A DNA stretch of 64,000 nt from Euryarchaeota archaeon UBA486 (GCA_002497765.1 DAET01000046.1:88988-152987), one strand, 5' to 3'. Numbered from the stretch's first letter, positions 1-10,179 are shown. Notes: a model not told the origin generated them from the sequence alone. Numbers and translations: made by a program.

Positions 1-2
1 TG

Positions 3-950
3 ATCATCACCGGCCTCCAGGTCGGCGCTCATTCGGTCGGCGTGTCCGCCACGGACAGTTTCGGAGCCACGAGTTCCACCACGGGGGAGCTCGATGTGAG
101 CAATCAGGCCCCGCGAATCATCGATGTTGAGGTGGTGCCAACCTCCCTCGAGCGAGGTCAATCCGCCGTCATCAACGTTGAGGCCTACGACGGGCACGGC
201 GTTGATCGAGTTCAACTCGATCTTCGGGAGTACGGAGGCGAAGTCGTGAACATGACCTCCGAGGACAGGCTGGTTTGGGCGGCCATGGTCGAAATGCCCA
301 TCGGAATGAATCCGGGTCATCGGTCCATGCTGATCGTGGCCACCGACGATCTGGGGGCCATCACGCAGCAGCGGTTCTTCACGCCGGTCGATGAGGTTGG
401 AAGCCCTGTGTATGGGCCTCACCACGTCGCGTCGGAGGTGGAACTGCCAATCGAAATTCACATCCTCAACGACCGGCCCGTGCTGGTCAGCGACTCGGTA
501 CGCCTCGACAAAAATCCAGACGAGCAAGCGGTCTACACGGTCCAAGCGACCGATCCCGACGGCGTGGAACGCGTTCAAATCCGACTCGGCGTCTTTGCGC
601 CCATCGGTGGTGGCGAATGGGCCATGATGCACGACGACGGCGTGAACGGTGGCGATGAAGTGGCGGGCGACGGCACGTACAGCGTCCTCCTGTCCGTGCG
701 GGGTGGAACACCGCTTGGCACCCATCAAGTCTCGTTGAGGGCGTTTGACGTCTACGGGGAGTTGAACACGGATTCCGCCGTCATTACGCTCGCTGAACCC
801 GATACTCCGGGTGTCTCCGAAGGTGGCCTCAGCACCATGGTGCTTGGCGCCTTGGGGATGGTGGTCTTCCTCGGTGCCTTGGTGGTCCTTGCGTTGATGC
901 TTCGCCGAGGTGGTGGAGGCGAGGGTGGCGACCGCTTCGGCATGCAATGA
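3..950 (+). CDS. C-terminal part of a membrane-anchored surface protein with Ig-like repeats (5'-partial)
   Basis: Frame open from position 3; repeated beta-rich modules (A.D.DGV.RV), HDDGVNGGDEVAGDGTYS Ca-binding-like loop, C-terminal TM helix followed by RR. Confidence 0.75.
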   Translation: MITGLQVGAHSVGVSATDSFGATSSTTGELDVSNQAPRIIDVEVVPTSLERGQSAVINVEAYDGHGVDRVQLDLREYGGEVVNMTSEDRLVWAAMVEMPIGMNPGHRSMLIVATDDLGAITQQRFFTPVDEVGSPVYGPHHVASEVELPIEIHILNDRPVLVSDSVRLDKNPDEQAVYTVQATDPDGVERVQIRLGVFAPIGGGEWAMMHDDGVNGGDEVAGDGTYSVLLSVRGGTPLGTHQVSLRAFDVYGELNTDSAVITLAEPDTPGVSEGGLSTMVLGALGMVVFLGALVVLALMLRRGGGGEGGDRFGMQ

Positions 951-1000
951 CATGGCTCGCTCATGGGGCTCTTCTGTCAATCCTTCTTCGCCGACAACCG

Positions 1001-1006
1001 TTTAAA
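1001..1006 (+). promoter_or_regulatory. TATA box of tRNA-Gly
   Basis: TTTAAA 26-31 nt upstream of the tRNA 5' end. Confidence 0.6.
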
Positions 1007-1031
1007 CTCCTTCAAGGTCGGACGGCTACCA

Positions 1032-1106
1032 GCGAGCGTAGTGTAGTGGTTATCACCGGGCGTTGCCAACGCCTGAACCCGGGTTCGAGTCCCGGCGCTC
1101 GCACCA
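1032..1106 (+). tRNA. tRNA-Gly(GCC), CCA encoded
   Basis: Acceptor stem GCGAGCG/CGCTCGC, anticodon arm GGGCG-TTGCCAA-CGCCT, T-loop GGTTCGAGTCC, ends ACCA. Confidence 0.97.
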
Positions 1107-1177
1107 CTGCGAGCCAATTGAGGTCATTTTCCTCTCAATGTTTATGGGATGAACGCCCCCAACACAAGCCGAGAGCC

Positions 1178-1498
1178 ATGAGCGACCGCAGAGTGATTTT
1201 TGTCGGCAAAAAGCCCCTTCATGCCTATGTCCGTGCCGTGGTCAAAGCCATGGAGGACGGTGACCGAGAAATTCAGTTGGTGGCCCGTGGCGCCACCATC
1301 TCAAGGGCGGTTGACGTGGCTGAAGTGTGCCGTCGAAGGAACGGCCACATCGCCCAAGGCTTGCCAGCATCCGTGAACATTCAGCACCTCTCGTGCGAAT
1401 CGGAAGAGGTCGAGGGTGAGAACGGTATGCGAACGGTGAGCGTGCTTCGCATCGACATGGAAGGCGTGGGCGACGTCCCCGAGCGTCAAGATGCTTGA
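1178..1498 (+). CDS. albA: Alba-family DNA/RNA-binding protein
   Basis: IFVGKKP..YV.AV and ARG.TISRAVDVAE motifs, C-terminal VS.LRI; ATG at 1178. Confidence 0.88.
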   Translation: MSDRRVIFVGKKPLHAYVRAVVKAMEDGDREIQLVARGATISRAVDVAEVCRRRNGHIAQGLPASVNIQHLSCESEEVEGENGMRTVSVLRIDMEGVGDVPERQDA

Positions 1499-1857
1499 GC
1501 GGTCAACAATTCAAGCCTCCGCTGAATTTCCGCAGCCGTCGCCTCGTACACTTCATACGCTTGGCCGACCGGGTCTTCGAGCTCCCAATCCTGGTCGATT
1601 TTGATCGCCGGGCAGTGAACGCCGCATCCCATGGAGATGACCATGTCGAAATCACTCGGATCGAAGTGTTCCAAGGATTTGGGCGCCATGTCCTCCGTCG
1701 AGATGCCTCGGCCTTCAAGGAGGTTGACGGCATGCCTGGCGACCGCTTGGGCAGGATGAGTACCAGCTGAGGCGGCTTCAAAGCCCATGGATTTGGCCAA
1801 TCCTTCGGCCATCTGAGAGCGACAGGAGTTTCCGACACATACGAACAGGACCTTCAT
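1486..1857 (-). CDS. arsC: Arsenate reductase / low-molecular-weight phosphatase family protein
   Basis: VLFVCVGNSCRSQMAE P-loop, SAGT, MGCGVHCP, W.LEDP. Confidence 0.85.
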   Translation of the reverse strand: MKVLFVCVGNSCRSQMAEGLAKSMGFEAASAGTHPAQAVARHAVNLLEGRGISTEDMAPKSLEHFDPSDFDMVISMGCGVHCPAIKIDQDWELEDPVGQAYEVYEATAAEIQRRLELLTAQAS

Positions 1858-1942
1858 GCAATCCACAAGCAGACGATGCCATTTAGACTCTCGCTCCATA
1901 GTATGTTGATGCCTTGACATACCACGGCGTACACGGCCGTTT

Positions 1943-2284
1943 GTGTGGCGAGCACTCGGGCTCAACGTGGGCGTGTTCGGGCTCCTCTTTGGACTCCACA
2001 TCGTGTTTGCAGCACGCGGCATGGACACTCCATTTGCCATGGTGGCTGCCCTCATCACCGTCCAGGTCGTTGCCTTTGGCCCCATTACGGCGTTGGGGAC
2101 TTCGCCCGAAGCTGGGATTGAGCGTCGTCGTGCGCTCCGCCGCAGCACTCCACTTTCGCTGGCGATGGCGATTGGACTGGCTTGGGCTTATGGCGGCATG
2201 GCGTGGTCGCTGCCGGCGCTTATCGGCGTGCTCGGGGCCACGGTGGTGGTTCACGGCGCCGCTGACCGTCGATGGTCGGCGTGA
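1943..2284 (+). CDS. Small membrane protein (about 4 TM), unknown function
   Basis: Four hydrophobic segments; fills the gap between arsC and mrp. Confidence 0.6.
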   Translation: MWRALGLNVGVFGLLFGLHIVFAARGMDTPFAMVAALITVQVVAFGPITALGTSPEAGIERRRALRRSTPLSLAMAIGLAWAYGGMAWSLPALIGVLGATVVVHGAADRRWSA

Positions 2285-2344
2285 TGTGCGGTATCATTCC
2301 CCCCCTGTGGGTGGGTTGAAGTAGGCCAGTTTGGTGGTTACATC

Positions 2345-3355
2345 ATGGCGGATTCACCCGTATCCATCAACACCCCGGGCGGCGCAAACGAAGCACCGGC
2401 CGGTCCATCTCCCCAAGAGCAGAAGCAAATGGAACAGGCCTACGCTCAAATGAAGCGAAAGATGGCCATGGAGGAAATCGGTCGCAAGATCAAACACAAA
2501 ATCATGGTCTTGTCAGGCAAAGGCGGCGTTGGGAAATCCACCGTCTCCACCGGTCTCGCCCTCTCGCTGGCCCAACAAGGCCACACGGTGGGCATCCTCG
2601 ACATCGATATCACCGGGCCGAACGTCCCCAAAATGATGGGTCTCGACGGCCGTCGACTCCACGTCGAAAACAAGCGCATTCATCCTGCTCAAGGCCACCT
2701 TGGCGTGAAGGTCATCAGCATGGCCTTCCTGCTTGAGGACGAAGACACTCCGGTGGTTTGGCGTGGTCCCATCAAGTTGGGCGCCATTCAGCAATTCATC
2801 GGCGATGTGGAATGGGGAGAATTGGACTACCTCATCATCGATTTCCCACCCGGCACTTCAGACGAACCGTTGACGGTGGCGCAATCCCTTCCCGATATCG
2901 ACGGCATGGTCATCGTCACAACGCCGCAGCAAGTGGCGCTGCTCGACAGCCGAAAATCGATCACGTTTTCCGAATCCCTCAAGGTGCCCGTGCTCGGTGT
3001 CGTTGAGAACATGAGCGGGTTCACGGTGAACGGTACGACCTCACCGGGAGCCGAGGTCAACATCGCCGCTCCCGGCGGCAAAACGCTGGCCACCACGGCC
3101 GACGATGAGGGGAAGTTTTCCGTAAAGCTGGACATTTTCAAGGAAGGCGGAGGCAAGGAGACAGCCGAGGAATTCGGTGTTCCCTTCCTCGGCGCCTTAC
3201 CCTTTGACCCCGGGTTTGTTCGGGGCGGTGATGACGGTGTGCACCGAATCGTTTCCGAACCCGAGGGGCCCTCTGCAAAGGCCTTCGCCAAGGTCGTGAC
3301 GGCCATCCAAGACCAACTTTCAGACGGTGCCGACGGCGGCCTCGAAATCATTTGA
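2345..3355 (+). CDS. mrp: Mrp/NBP35 (ApbC) P-loop ATPase, Fe-S carrier family, lacking CxxC
   Basis: SGKGGVGKST, D.DITGP, WRGP, D.PPGTSD, VTTPQ, ENMS motifs. Confidence 0.93.
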   Translation: MADSPVSINTPGGANEAPAGPSPQEQKQMEQAYAQMKRKMAMEEIGRKIKHKIMVLSGKGGVGKSTVSTGLALSLAQQGHTVGILDIDITGPNVPKMMGLDGRRLHVENKRIHPAQGHLGVKVISMAFLLEDEDTPVVWRGPIKLGAIQQFIGDVEWGELDYLIIDFPPGTSDEPLTVAQSLPDIDGMVIVTTPQQVALLDSRKSITFSESLKVPVLGVVENMSGFTVNGTTSPGAEVNIAAPGGKTLATTADDEGKFSVKLDIFKEGGGKETAEEFGVPFLGALPFDPGFVRGGDDGVHRIVSEPEGPSAKAFAKVVTAIQDQLSDGADGGLEII

Positions 3356-3364
3356 GGTGAGCAC

Positions 3365-3718
3365 ATGACCGAAGTCTTGCCCACGCTCAAGAAGCTTGAA
3401 CGCCGTGCACAAGACATGGTTCTCACCTACGACAACGGTTCCGACTACACCGTCACCTACGACGATGTGCGCCATGCCTGCCCCTGTGCAAAGTGCTCAC
3501 CCATGCGGAACGAGGACGACACCAGCCGCACGCTGCGTCGCCAAATCGAGGCGCTCCCATCGGAGAAACCCACGGTGCGAACGGTTGGAAAGTATGCCTT
3601 GGCGTTCGAATGGAAGCAAGGCTGCTCAAGCGGCATCTACCGATTCGAACGGATATACGATCTTGCCAACCGTCGCGACCCTGATCGAGGCAAGCCCTAC
3701 GTCCACGGCGCCTGGTAG
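3365..3718 (+). CDS. DUF971 / GBBH-N-like small metal-binding protein
   Basis: R..CPCA.C, VG.YA..F.W..G.SSGIY pattern; SD GAGGTGA. Confidence 0.85.
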   Translation: MTEVLPTLKKLERRAQDMVLTYDNGSDYTVTYDDVRHACPCAKCSPMRNEDDTSRTLRRQIEALPSEKPTVRTVGKYALAFEWKQGCSSGIYRFERIYDLANRRDPDRGKPYVHGAW

Positions 3719-3795
3719 GCAGAACGCCTTCAATGCGGGCTGAATGACGACGCTTTGATGAAGGGACGGCGTGACCCAAAACTGGAGGCCACGCT

Positions 3796-5862
3796 GTGCA
3801 GAGTGTCTACTTGACCTGGATGATCAGCGCCCTGGCCTTGGGCGTCATCCTGCTTCCCGTGTTCAAACCGCCTTGGGCGAAGTTATCCCTCCCCCCCTTC
3901 GTGGATTTCTTCCGAAGGTACTGGGTCCACATTCTCATCGTGTTCGCCATCTACAACGCCAAGGACGTGCTCGACCAAGTGGACCGTTTGTTGATGGCGA
4001 GCACCGGCCTGGACATGACGCCGTACATTTGGGCCATCGAGGGTAACTTGGTGCTGTGGGTTCAGGAGACCTTTGAGGCGGATTGGTTGACCACTGCCCT
4101 GACGCATTTCTACGTCGCCGGCTTCATGTTCATCTGCTATGTTTCGGTGTTCTATTTCGCCTACTTCGATGACCGTTGGCTTGCCGACAGGGTAACCTTG
4201 TCCATCGCTTGGGTTTACATTCTCGCCGTACCGTTTTACCTCTTTTTCAACGTTCGAGTGACGGGCGACACCATTCCCGGAATGGAAACGTTGGCCTACA
4301 CCCTCACCCCCGAAATCGCTGACTGGTTCCGAAGGATTGATCCGTTCACGAACGGGATGCCGTCACTCCACATCGGGATCCCGTTTGCCGTGTGGTTGTG
4401 CTTGACGCGCTTTGACGACGATCGGCGATGGAATCGCTATCGCCTCACCGTGTTTGCCTACACCTTGCTCACGGCGTTCACCATCATCTACCTCGGCATT
4501 CACTGGTTCCTCGACATCATCGGAGGCATGCTCATCGCCGGCGCTGCGGTGTCCATGGCGGACCGTACCTCCAACGGTTGGTGGAAGTTTTTCGACGAGC
4601 GAACGATGAACGCTCGCATCGTTACCGTCTTGACCCGCCCTGGACAAGCCTGGGCGTGGTTCAGTGGTCGAATCAGTCAAGAATTCAAGCAGTACCGGTC
4701 ACCAACGAGTCGTGAGACCGGGCGAATGGCCGTGGCCATTTTGATCGTCGTGGCTGCCGTCATCACCTGGGATTTGACGCACCGTTCCCTCCCCGCAGGT
4801 GGCGTGGAAGCCCCTGAGTCAGCCGCCGTATCCGACGAATGGCTGGCAACGCTGGACAACCAAACCGAAGGGGTCTCCCTGTTGCTCCAGAACTTATCGG
4901 CGGCTGACGCTGCCTCCTACAAGGTGGATGTTCCCGGGCTGAGTTTGGATTCCACCCATGCCCTCCAAAACGATCTTCTCGTGGTGGCGAACGGCACAGC
5001 CCTGCTGATGTACGACGTTCATCAACCCGAACAGGTGCTCAGAACGTTGTCCCTCTCACAACCCGAGCACTTGTTGCTGTGCGAACTTGCCTCGTCAATG
5101 GTTCTTGTTTACACCCTCGATGGCGTGCTCGAGGTCACCGATCTTGAGGGCACACCCGTGCTTGTGTCGGATGAAGTACACGAAGGGATTGAGCAGTTGA
5201 CCTGTTCGGGCTCCGAAATCGCCTATGTTAACGGCGCGCGACCGATGGAAGTGACCGTTCTGCAACTTGGTGTTCGTGGCGAAGTTGGCTACACCATCAA
5301 CGCCTCTGCGCCGGTGGAGGAAGATGAGATTCTGGCGTCGTGGGGCACGCCGGTTGACATGGAAAACGCCACCGTACAAAGCATGGCCTTTGACCGGGAA
5401 TACCTCGCTGTGACGGTCAACGTTTCCGCCACCGACCGTTTAGTGCTCTACAACCGAACCACGGCCGAACAATGGTTGGCCAGCAATCCGAAGTACCACG
5501 TGTCCGACATATCCCTCGACCATGGGATCCTCGCGTGGTCGGTACGCGATCACCTCAACCCGCTCTCGCCTCAGGAAAAGTACCTCGACCGAGAAATCTA
5601 CTTCACAGAACTGGCGACCAATACCTCGTTTGTGTTGACGTCCGATTACAAAGATCAGTGGGGGCCATTGGTGCTTGAACATCAACTCGTCTACTTTGAG
5701 ATGGACGATGATACGATGTCGATGCGGGTTCATGCGTGGGAGCCCGAACTTCGTTTGTATTCCAGCCTCGTGTTGCAGGCCGGGGTTCTTGCAGCCTTCG
5801 TGGTTGTCGCTTGGAACATGTGGCAGCGCCAGAGTGAGCGCCGCCTGAGCCGTCAACCGTGA
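3796..5862 (+). CDS. PAP2/AUR1-like (IPC synthase family) membrane enzyme fused to a beta-rich extracellular domain
   Basis: NGMPSLH and YLGIHWFLDIIGG motifs, several TMs, then an acidic beta-rich region and a final TM. Confidence 0.8.
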   Translation: MQSVYLTWMISALALGVILLPVFKPPWAKLSLPPFVDFFRRYWVHILIVFAIYNAKDVLDQVDRLLMASTGLDMTPYIWAIEGNLVLWVQETFEADWLTTALTHFYVAGFMFICYVSVFYFAYFDDRWLADRVTLSIAWVYILAVPFYLFFNVRVTGDTIPGMETLAYTLTPEIADWFRRIDPFTNGMPSLHIGIPFAVWLCLTRFDDDRRWNRYRLTVFAYTLLTAFTIIYLGIHWFLDIIGGMLIAGAAVSMADRTSNGWWKFFDERTMNARIVTVLTRPGQAWAWFSGRISQEFKQYRSPTSRETGRMAVAILIVVAAVITWDLTHRSLPAGGVEAPESAAVSDEWLATLDNQTEGVSLLLQNLSAADAASYKVDVPGLSLDSTHALQNDLLVVANGTALLMYDVHQPEQVLRTLSLSQPEHLLLCELASSMVLVYTLDGVLEVTDLEGTPVLVSDEVHEGIEQLTCSGSEIAYVNGARPMEVTVLQLGVRGEVGYTINASAPVEEDEILASWGTPVDMENATVQSMAFDREYLAVTVNVSATDRLVLYNRTTAEQWLASNPKYHVSDISLDHGILAWSVRDHLNPLSPQEKYLDREIYFTELATNTSFVLTSDYKDQWGPLVLEHQLVYFEMDDDTMSMRVHAWEPELRLYSSLVLQAGVLAAFVVVAWNMWQRQSERRLSRQP

Positions 5863-6533
5863 TATCGAACGCGGGTGCGAATGTCCTCGAGTCGAGCGTG
5901 AACCTCCTTCGCCGAGGGGACGGCACCGCCTTGGAGTACAGGTGCCGGCCCGAGTTCGTCCTCGGCAGCGAGGTAGCCCTCAATCACCCAATCAATGGCG
6001 CCCTCCCATTGCGGGTGCGATGCTCCCAGGATCTCGTCGAGAACGTGCAAATCAATACCGAAGCGCTCGACATCGTACTCCACCGAAGCAAGGCCAAAGT
6101 CGATCAGGTGAACGGTTTCTCCTTCGATGAGGATGTTGTTGCTTGACAGGTCACCGTGAGTGGTGGCCACGCGGTGGAGGCGTCTCACCGATGCGCCGAC
6201 ACGGCGAAGCATCGCTTTGGCCTCATCATCGGTGGTTGCTTCGTCGTTGAGCACATCGATCAACGGACGACCGCCGAGGTGTTCGATGATGAGCTGGCCG
6301 CCTTCGTAATCAAGGTCCCAAACGGAAGGCACGGAAAGGCCAGCTTTTCGGGTTCGGATGAGCAAGCGGGCTTCGCTGATCATGCGTCGCACCCCGAGGC
6401 GGTGGTCCAAATTGGGGTGGCGCCAGGAACGCGGTCGTCGTTGCTTTCGTACCGCTGGACGACCGAACCACTCACCCCTCCAAACCTCGGCCTCTGCACC
6501 GAGGTGAAGGCGCTCTGTTGGCATGAAGGCCAT
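5853..6533 (-). CDS. bud32: KEOPS kinase Bud32
   Basis: GAEAEV, R.PRSWRHP.LD, HGDL.SNN, IDFGL, DLHVL, RVRY. Confidence 0.92.
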   Translation of the reverse strand: MAFMPTERLHLGAEAEVWRGEWFGRPAVRKQRRPRSWRHPNLDHRLGVRRMISEARLLIRTRKAGLSVPSVWDLDYEGGQLIIEHLGGRPLIDVLNDEATTDDEAKAMLRRVGASVRRLHRVATTHGDLSSNNILIEGETVHLIDFGLASVEYDVERFGIDLHVLDEILGASHPQWEGAIDWVIEGYLAAEDELGPAPVLQGGAVPSAKEVHARLEDIRTRVRYHG

Positions 6534-6655
6534 GGGACGCCTCACCAAGGCCTTCTTTTTGAACGTTCATGCCCATCCGTTCCTTCAAAAAGGGTTGAGC
6601 GTTGGGGTTGGTGAGAGCCATGACGGTGACCCTCCCGATGTGTTCTGTCAACTTC

Positions 6656-7774
6656 ATGGACACCACGCTGTCCGTTGAAGAGCAAGCCATTGCCGACCGA
6701 ATTCAGGAACTGAAAGAACAGCTGGGTGATGATTTGCTCATCCTCGGCCATCATTACCAGCGGGACAGCATCGTGATGCACGCTGATTTCCTCGGCGACT
6801 CGTTCATGCTCAGTCAAAAGGCGGCTGAATCGGACGCCAAGTACATCGTCTTCTGCGGCGTCCACTTCATGGCTGAATCGGCTGATATTCTCACCTCCGA
6901 TGACCAGTCCGTGGTCCTCCCCAACCTTCGGGCGGGGTGTTCCATGGCTGACATGGCCACGCTGGCCGAAGTTGAGGTGGCATGGCAGGAGTTGCTCGAC
7001 CAATCGGGTCTTTCCGACCCCATCAGCCGCGAACATCCCGAGGATGTGGCGGGTGAGGGAGAAGCCTACCTCGTGCCCGTCACTTACATGAATTCAAGTG
7101 CTGACCTGAAGGATTTCGTGGGGCGTCACGGAGGCGTGGTTTGCACCTCGTCCAACGCCGAGGGCGTGTTGAATTGGGCCTTTGAGCGAGCCGGGCCAAA
7201 GGGTGCGGTGTTGTTCTTCCCCGACCAACACTTGGGGCGAAACACCGGGCTTGCCATGGGTATTTCTGAGGACCGAATGCCCACCTGGACGCCGGGCTTC
7301 GGCGCCATGGGCTCGCTGGACGACGCTCGCATCGTGCTGTGGCACGGTTTTTGCTCGGTTCACAAGCGCTTCACGCCTCAACAAATCGCCGAATTCCGTG
7401 AGCAACACCCAGACGGCATTGTCGTGGTTCACCCCGAGTGCCCGAAGGAGACGGTCGAACTCGCAGACGCTTACGGCTCAACCCAATACATTCGCAATTT
7501 CGTGAACGAGCAGCCCGCCGGGGCCTCCATCGCCATTGGGACGGAGATCAACATGGTCGCCAGGTTGGCCCAAGAACACCCCGACAAGCACATCGAGTGC
7601 TTGGACGAGGAAATTTGCCCTTGCTCCACCATGTACATGATTCACCCTGCGTACCTGATGGACGTGTTGGAACGCCTGGTCGACGGTGAAATTCCCAATC
7701 AAATCGTGGTGCCAGAGGCCGTCCAAGCCGGTTCCTTGTTGGCGCTTAACCGCATGCTGGCGATTCTGAAGTGA
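6656..7774 (+). CDS. nadA: Quinolinate synthase
   Basis: GHHYQ, FCGVHFMAE, AGCSMAD, YMNSS, CTSSNA, HPEC, GTE. Confidence 0.96.
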   Translation: MDTTLSVEEQAIADRIQELKEQLGDDLLILGHHYQRDSIVMHADFLGDSFMLSQKAAESDAKYIVFCGVHFMAESADILTSDDQSVVLPNLRAGCSMADMATLAEVEVAWQELLDQSGLSDPISREHPEDVAGEGEAYLVPVTYMNSSADLKDFVGRHGGVVCTSSNAEGVLNWAFERAGPKGAVLFFPDQHLGRNTGLAMGISEDRMPTWTPGFGAMGSLDDARIVLWHGFCSVHKRFTPQQIAEFREQHPDGIVVVHPECPKETVELADAYGSTQYIRNFVNEQPAGASIAIGTEINMVARLAQEHPDKHIECLDEEICPCSTMYMIHPAYLMDVLERLVDGEIPNQIVVPEAVQAGSLLALNRMLAILK

Positions 7775-7777
7775 GGC

Positions 7778-8146
7778 TCAGAAGACCGCTTGACCGCCTT
7801 TCCACCCTACCAGCGCCAACACGGGCCCGAGAACTGCACTGGCGAACACATAGGTTCCTGCACGACGCCAGTGACCTGCCTCGACCATGGTGATGGTTTC
7901 CACCGAGAACGTGGACATCGTCGTGAAGGCCCCCAACAACCCAACGCCCAGCAGCAGGGTTTGAGACTCGGAGAGCGTGCTGGCGAGGGTAGCAGCGGCG
8001 ACCAAGCCCAGAAGCAAGGAACCGACCAGATTCACGCTGAGGGTGGCCCAAGGAAAACCGGTATCGGGCGTGGCTTCACTGATGGAGAACCTCAACACCG
8101 CGCCAACGGCGCCGCCGACAGCGACGAGCATCCAATTTGAGAGCAT
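7778..8146 (-). CDS. crcB: Fluoride channel CrcB/FluC
   Basis: GGAVGAVLRF, FPWATL.VN.VGS, G.LGAFTTMSTFS.E. Confidence 0.93.
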   Translation of the reverse strand: MLSNWMLVAVGGAVGAVLRFSISEATPDTGFPWATLSVNLVGSLLLGLVAAATLASTLSESQTLLLGVGLLGAFTTMSTFSVETITMVEAGHWRRAGTYVFASAVLGPVLALVGWKGGQAVF

Positions 8147-8244
8147 GAAGAAGGCTGGTCTGCACGGGCTAAAGTCTCTCCTTTTCCCGGGATGGTTTCG
8201 ATACGAACGGGCACGGTCATTAGCCGTCACCAAGAAGACCCGCC

Positions 8245-8910
8245 ATGGACACGACCGTTTGGTTTCTCACCTCGAATGCTGGAAAGTTGGCTGAGGCCTC
8301 CCATCACTTCTCTGAACTGGGCATGACGGTTCGTGCCCTCGAGGTTCCTGAGGGGTCGATTGTCGAGCCTCAGGCGTCAACCCTCGAGGAGGTTGCGGAG
8401 GCCAAAATTCGGCAGGCGATGGAGCACCTTCCTCACGAGGGTGCCATGGTACTGGTGGAGGATGCTGGCTTGTTTGTGGATGCACTCGATGGATTCCCCG
8501 GCGTGTATTCATCCTACGTTCACGAAACGGTCGGCAATGCAGGCATGTTGCGATTGCTCGCCCATCTCCTGAGCGAGGACCCCGCTCGTTCGAAGCGCCT
8601 CCGCTCTGCCTCCTTTCAAGCCGTTGCGGCCTTGTGGGACGGTCATGAAATTCATGTTGGAAAGGGCGTCTGTCAGGGGTCAATCGCCCATGAGGCCAAA
8701 GGGGAAGGCGGCTTTGGATACGACCCGATTTTCATTCCCTCGGATTTGGACGAGGAAGGGAGGCCCCTCGACCCTGAAACCCTCGGTGCGGTGAGCACAC
8801 ACGGCCAAACCTTCGGGTCAGTGGACGCCGAAATGAAACACCAATTCAGCCACCGGCGACGGGCGCTGGATGACATTGTGCGACAAGTGCAGCACCTCGT
8901 CAACCGATGA
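8245..8910 (+). CDS. rdgB: Non-canonical purine NTP pyrophosphatase (HAM1/RdgB)
   Basis: TSNAGK, EDAGLF..AL.GFPG.YS, GFGYDPIF, SHR. Confidence 0.93.
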   Translation: MDTTVWFLTSNAGKLAEASHHFSELGMTVRALEVPEGSIVEPQASTLEEVAEAKIRQAMEHLPHEGAMVLVEDAGLFVDALDGFPGVYSSYVHETVGNAGMLRLLAHLLSEDPARSKRLRSASFQAVAALWDGHEIHVGKGVCQGSIAHEAKGEGGFGYDPIFIPSDLDEEGRPLDPETLGAVSTHGQTFGSVDAEMKHQFSHRRRALDDIVRQVQHLVNR

Positions 8911-8958
8911 GAACTCCATGTGTCCATCACCGTCATAAAGAACCGATGATTGGAGTGG

Positions 8959-9903
8959 ATGAGGGACATGGGATTCGCAAGGACCGCTGTCGGGGTGTTG
9001 TTCATCTCGGTGCTCGTGTTCTATTTGTCCACCGTTGGCCAATTGACCGATGAAGCCAAATGGGGTTTTGTCGGTGCCATGGCCGTGCTTGCCTTCATTT
9101 GGATCAATCTCGGTGGACAGGCCAAACCCGCTCAGCGGGCTCGCCGTCCGGCACCAGCTCCTGCTGCCGTCGTTGAGACCGAAACCGTCACACCTGTTAC
9201 GGAAGAAACAGCAGAGGATGAAGACCTCCCTGCCCCCGTCACTGTCTCTTCGTTGGACGGTGCCACATTGAGGGAGCGGAAACTCGCCAAGATCGCCGCC
9301 GCAGAAGCAGCCGCTCAAGCCGCTGCCAACGAAGCTGAGGAAGCTGACATCGAGGAGGTCGTCGTTGAAGTTGAACTCGAAGACGTTCACGTCGCTGATG
9401 AATTCGTGGTTGATGTCAGCCCCGAGTCTGTGGAGGACGCCGACATTGAAGTCACGGTCCGAGACCGCCGAGAACGCCATGAAGCGATTCGCGAGCGCAT
9501 CAAACGCCGTCGAATGGGCCAAATGGCTGACATTCGAGCCTCGACCGCCCGGATGTGGGAAGACCACGCCTCGGGTGAAGACCTGGTGGCGTTGCTCCAA
9601 ACGCCAGGGCACGGCCACAGCGTGCTGGTGGAACCCGAACACCCCGCACCCGGTCACGTCTACGGTGCAACCTTTGTTCGCATCGATGAGGGACGCATCC
9701 TCAAACTTCGCCTTCCACTTGATGTGGGCTTTGAATCCGTCGGGCCGGCCACACCCGCACAACCTGAACTCCCCGTGCTGATCGGACCAGACGGCCAAGA
9801 ACTTCCGCCTTTGCTCTCCCCAGACGCTACGCCGCTTGCCCTTCCGCCCCTTCCTGCGGCCAGCAGTGCCCTCGATGCGCTGCGTAAAGAAATGGAAGAT
9901 TGA
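8959..9903 (+). CDS. Hypothetical protein, two N-terminal TMs and an acidic/Pro-rich cytoplasmic region
   Basis: Long ORF with host-like codon usage; start uncertain (8950/8959/8968). Confidence 0.7.
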   Translation: MRDMGFARTAVGVLFISVLVFYLSTVGQLTDEAKWGFVGAMAVLAFIWINLGGQAKPAQRARRPAPAPAAVVETETVTPVTEETAEDEDLPAPVTVSSLDGATLRERKLAKIAAAEAAAQAAANEAEEADIEEVVVEVELEDVHVADEFVVDVSPESVEDADIEVTVRDRRERHEAIRERIKRRRMGQMADIRASTARMWEDHASGEDLVALLQTPGHGHSVLVEPEHPAPGHVYGATFVRIDEGRILKLRLPLDVGFESVGPATPAQPELPVLIGPDGQELPPLLSPDATPLALPPLPAASSALDALRKEMED

Positions 9904-10179
9904 TGCCGCCCCGCCTCCCGATGGGTGTCGCTCCTCCTACCTCGTCACCGAGACGTCCTCTTTCGCATAGTGTTATTCTGTGTCATTTCGCTTGGGCCCC
10001 CCATCGTCCTCTTTAAATAGGGTGGAGGGGTATTGTAAATGCTGGAGGAACCTCAGATGCCCCCCGATACCCAACCAACCTGCGAGTAGATTGCGCCTGA
10101 ATTGCGGAAGCGCCGGCGGACTTTGTCCGTTCAGCGAGCGCTTCTGCGCAGATAAAAGGCAAAAAGCAGGTGAAAAGAC

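Noticed and set aside
947-1177. N-terminal extension of the Alba ORF
   Set aside because: It overlaps tRNA-Gly; Alba similarity starts at ATG 1178
8147-8244. Fluoride riboswitch upstream of crcB (minus strand GGTGACGG-CTAATGAC)
   Set aside because: The two consensus-like pieces are directly adjacent; the P1 3' strand and pseudoknot elements are missing
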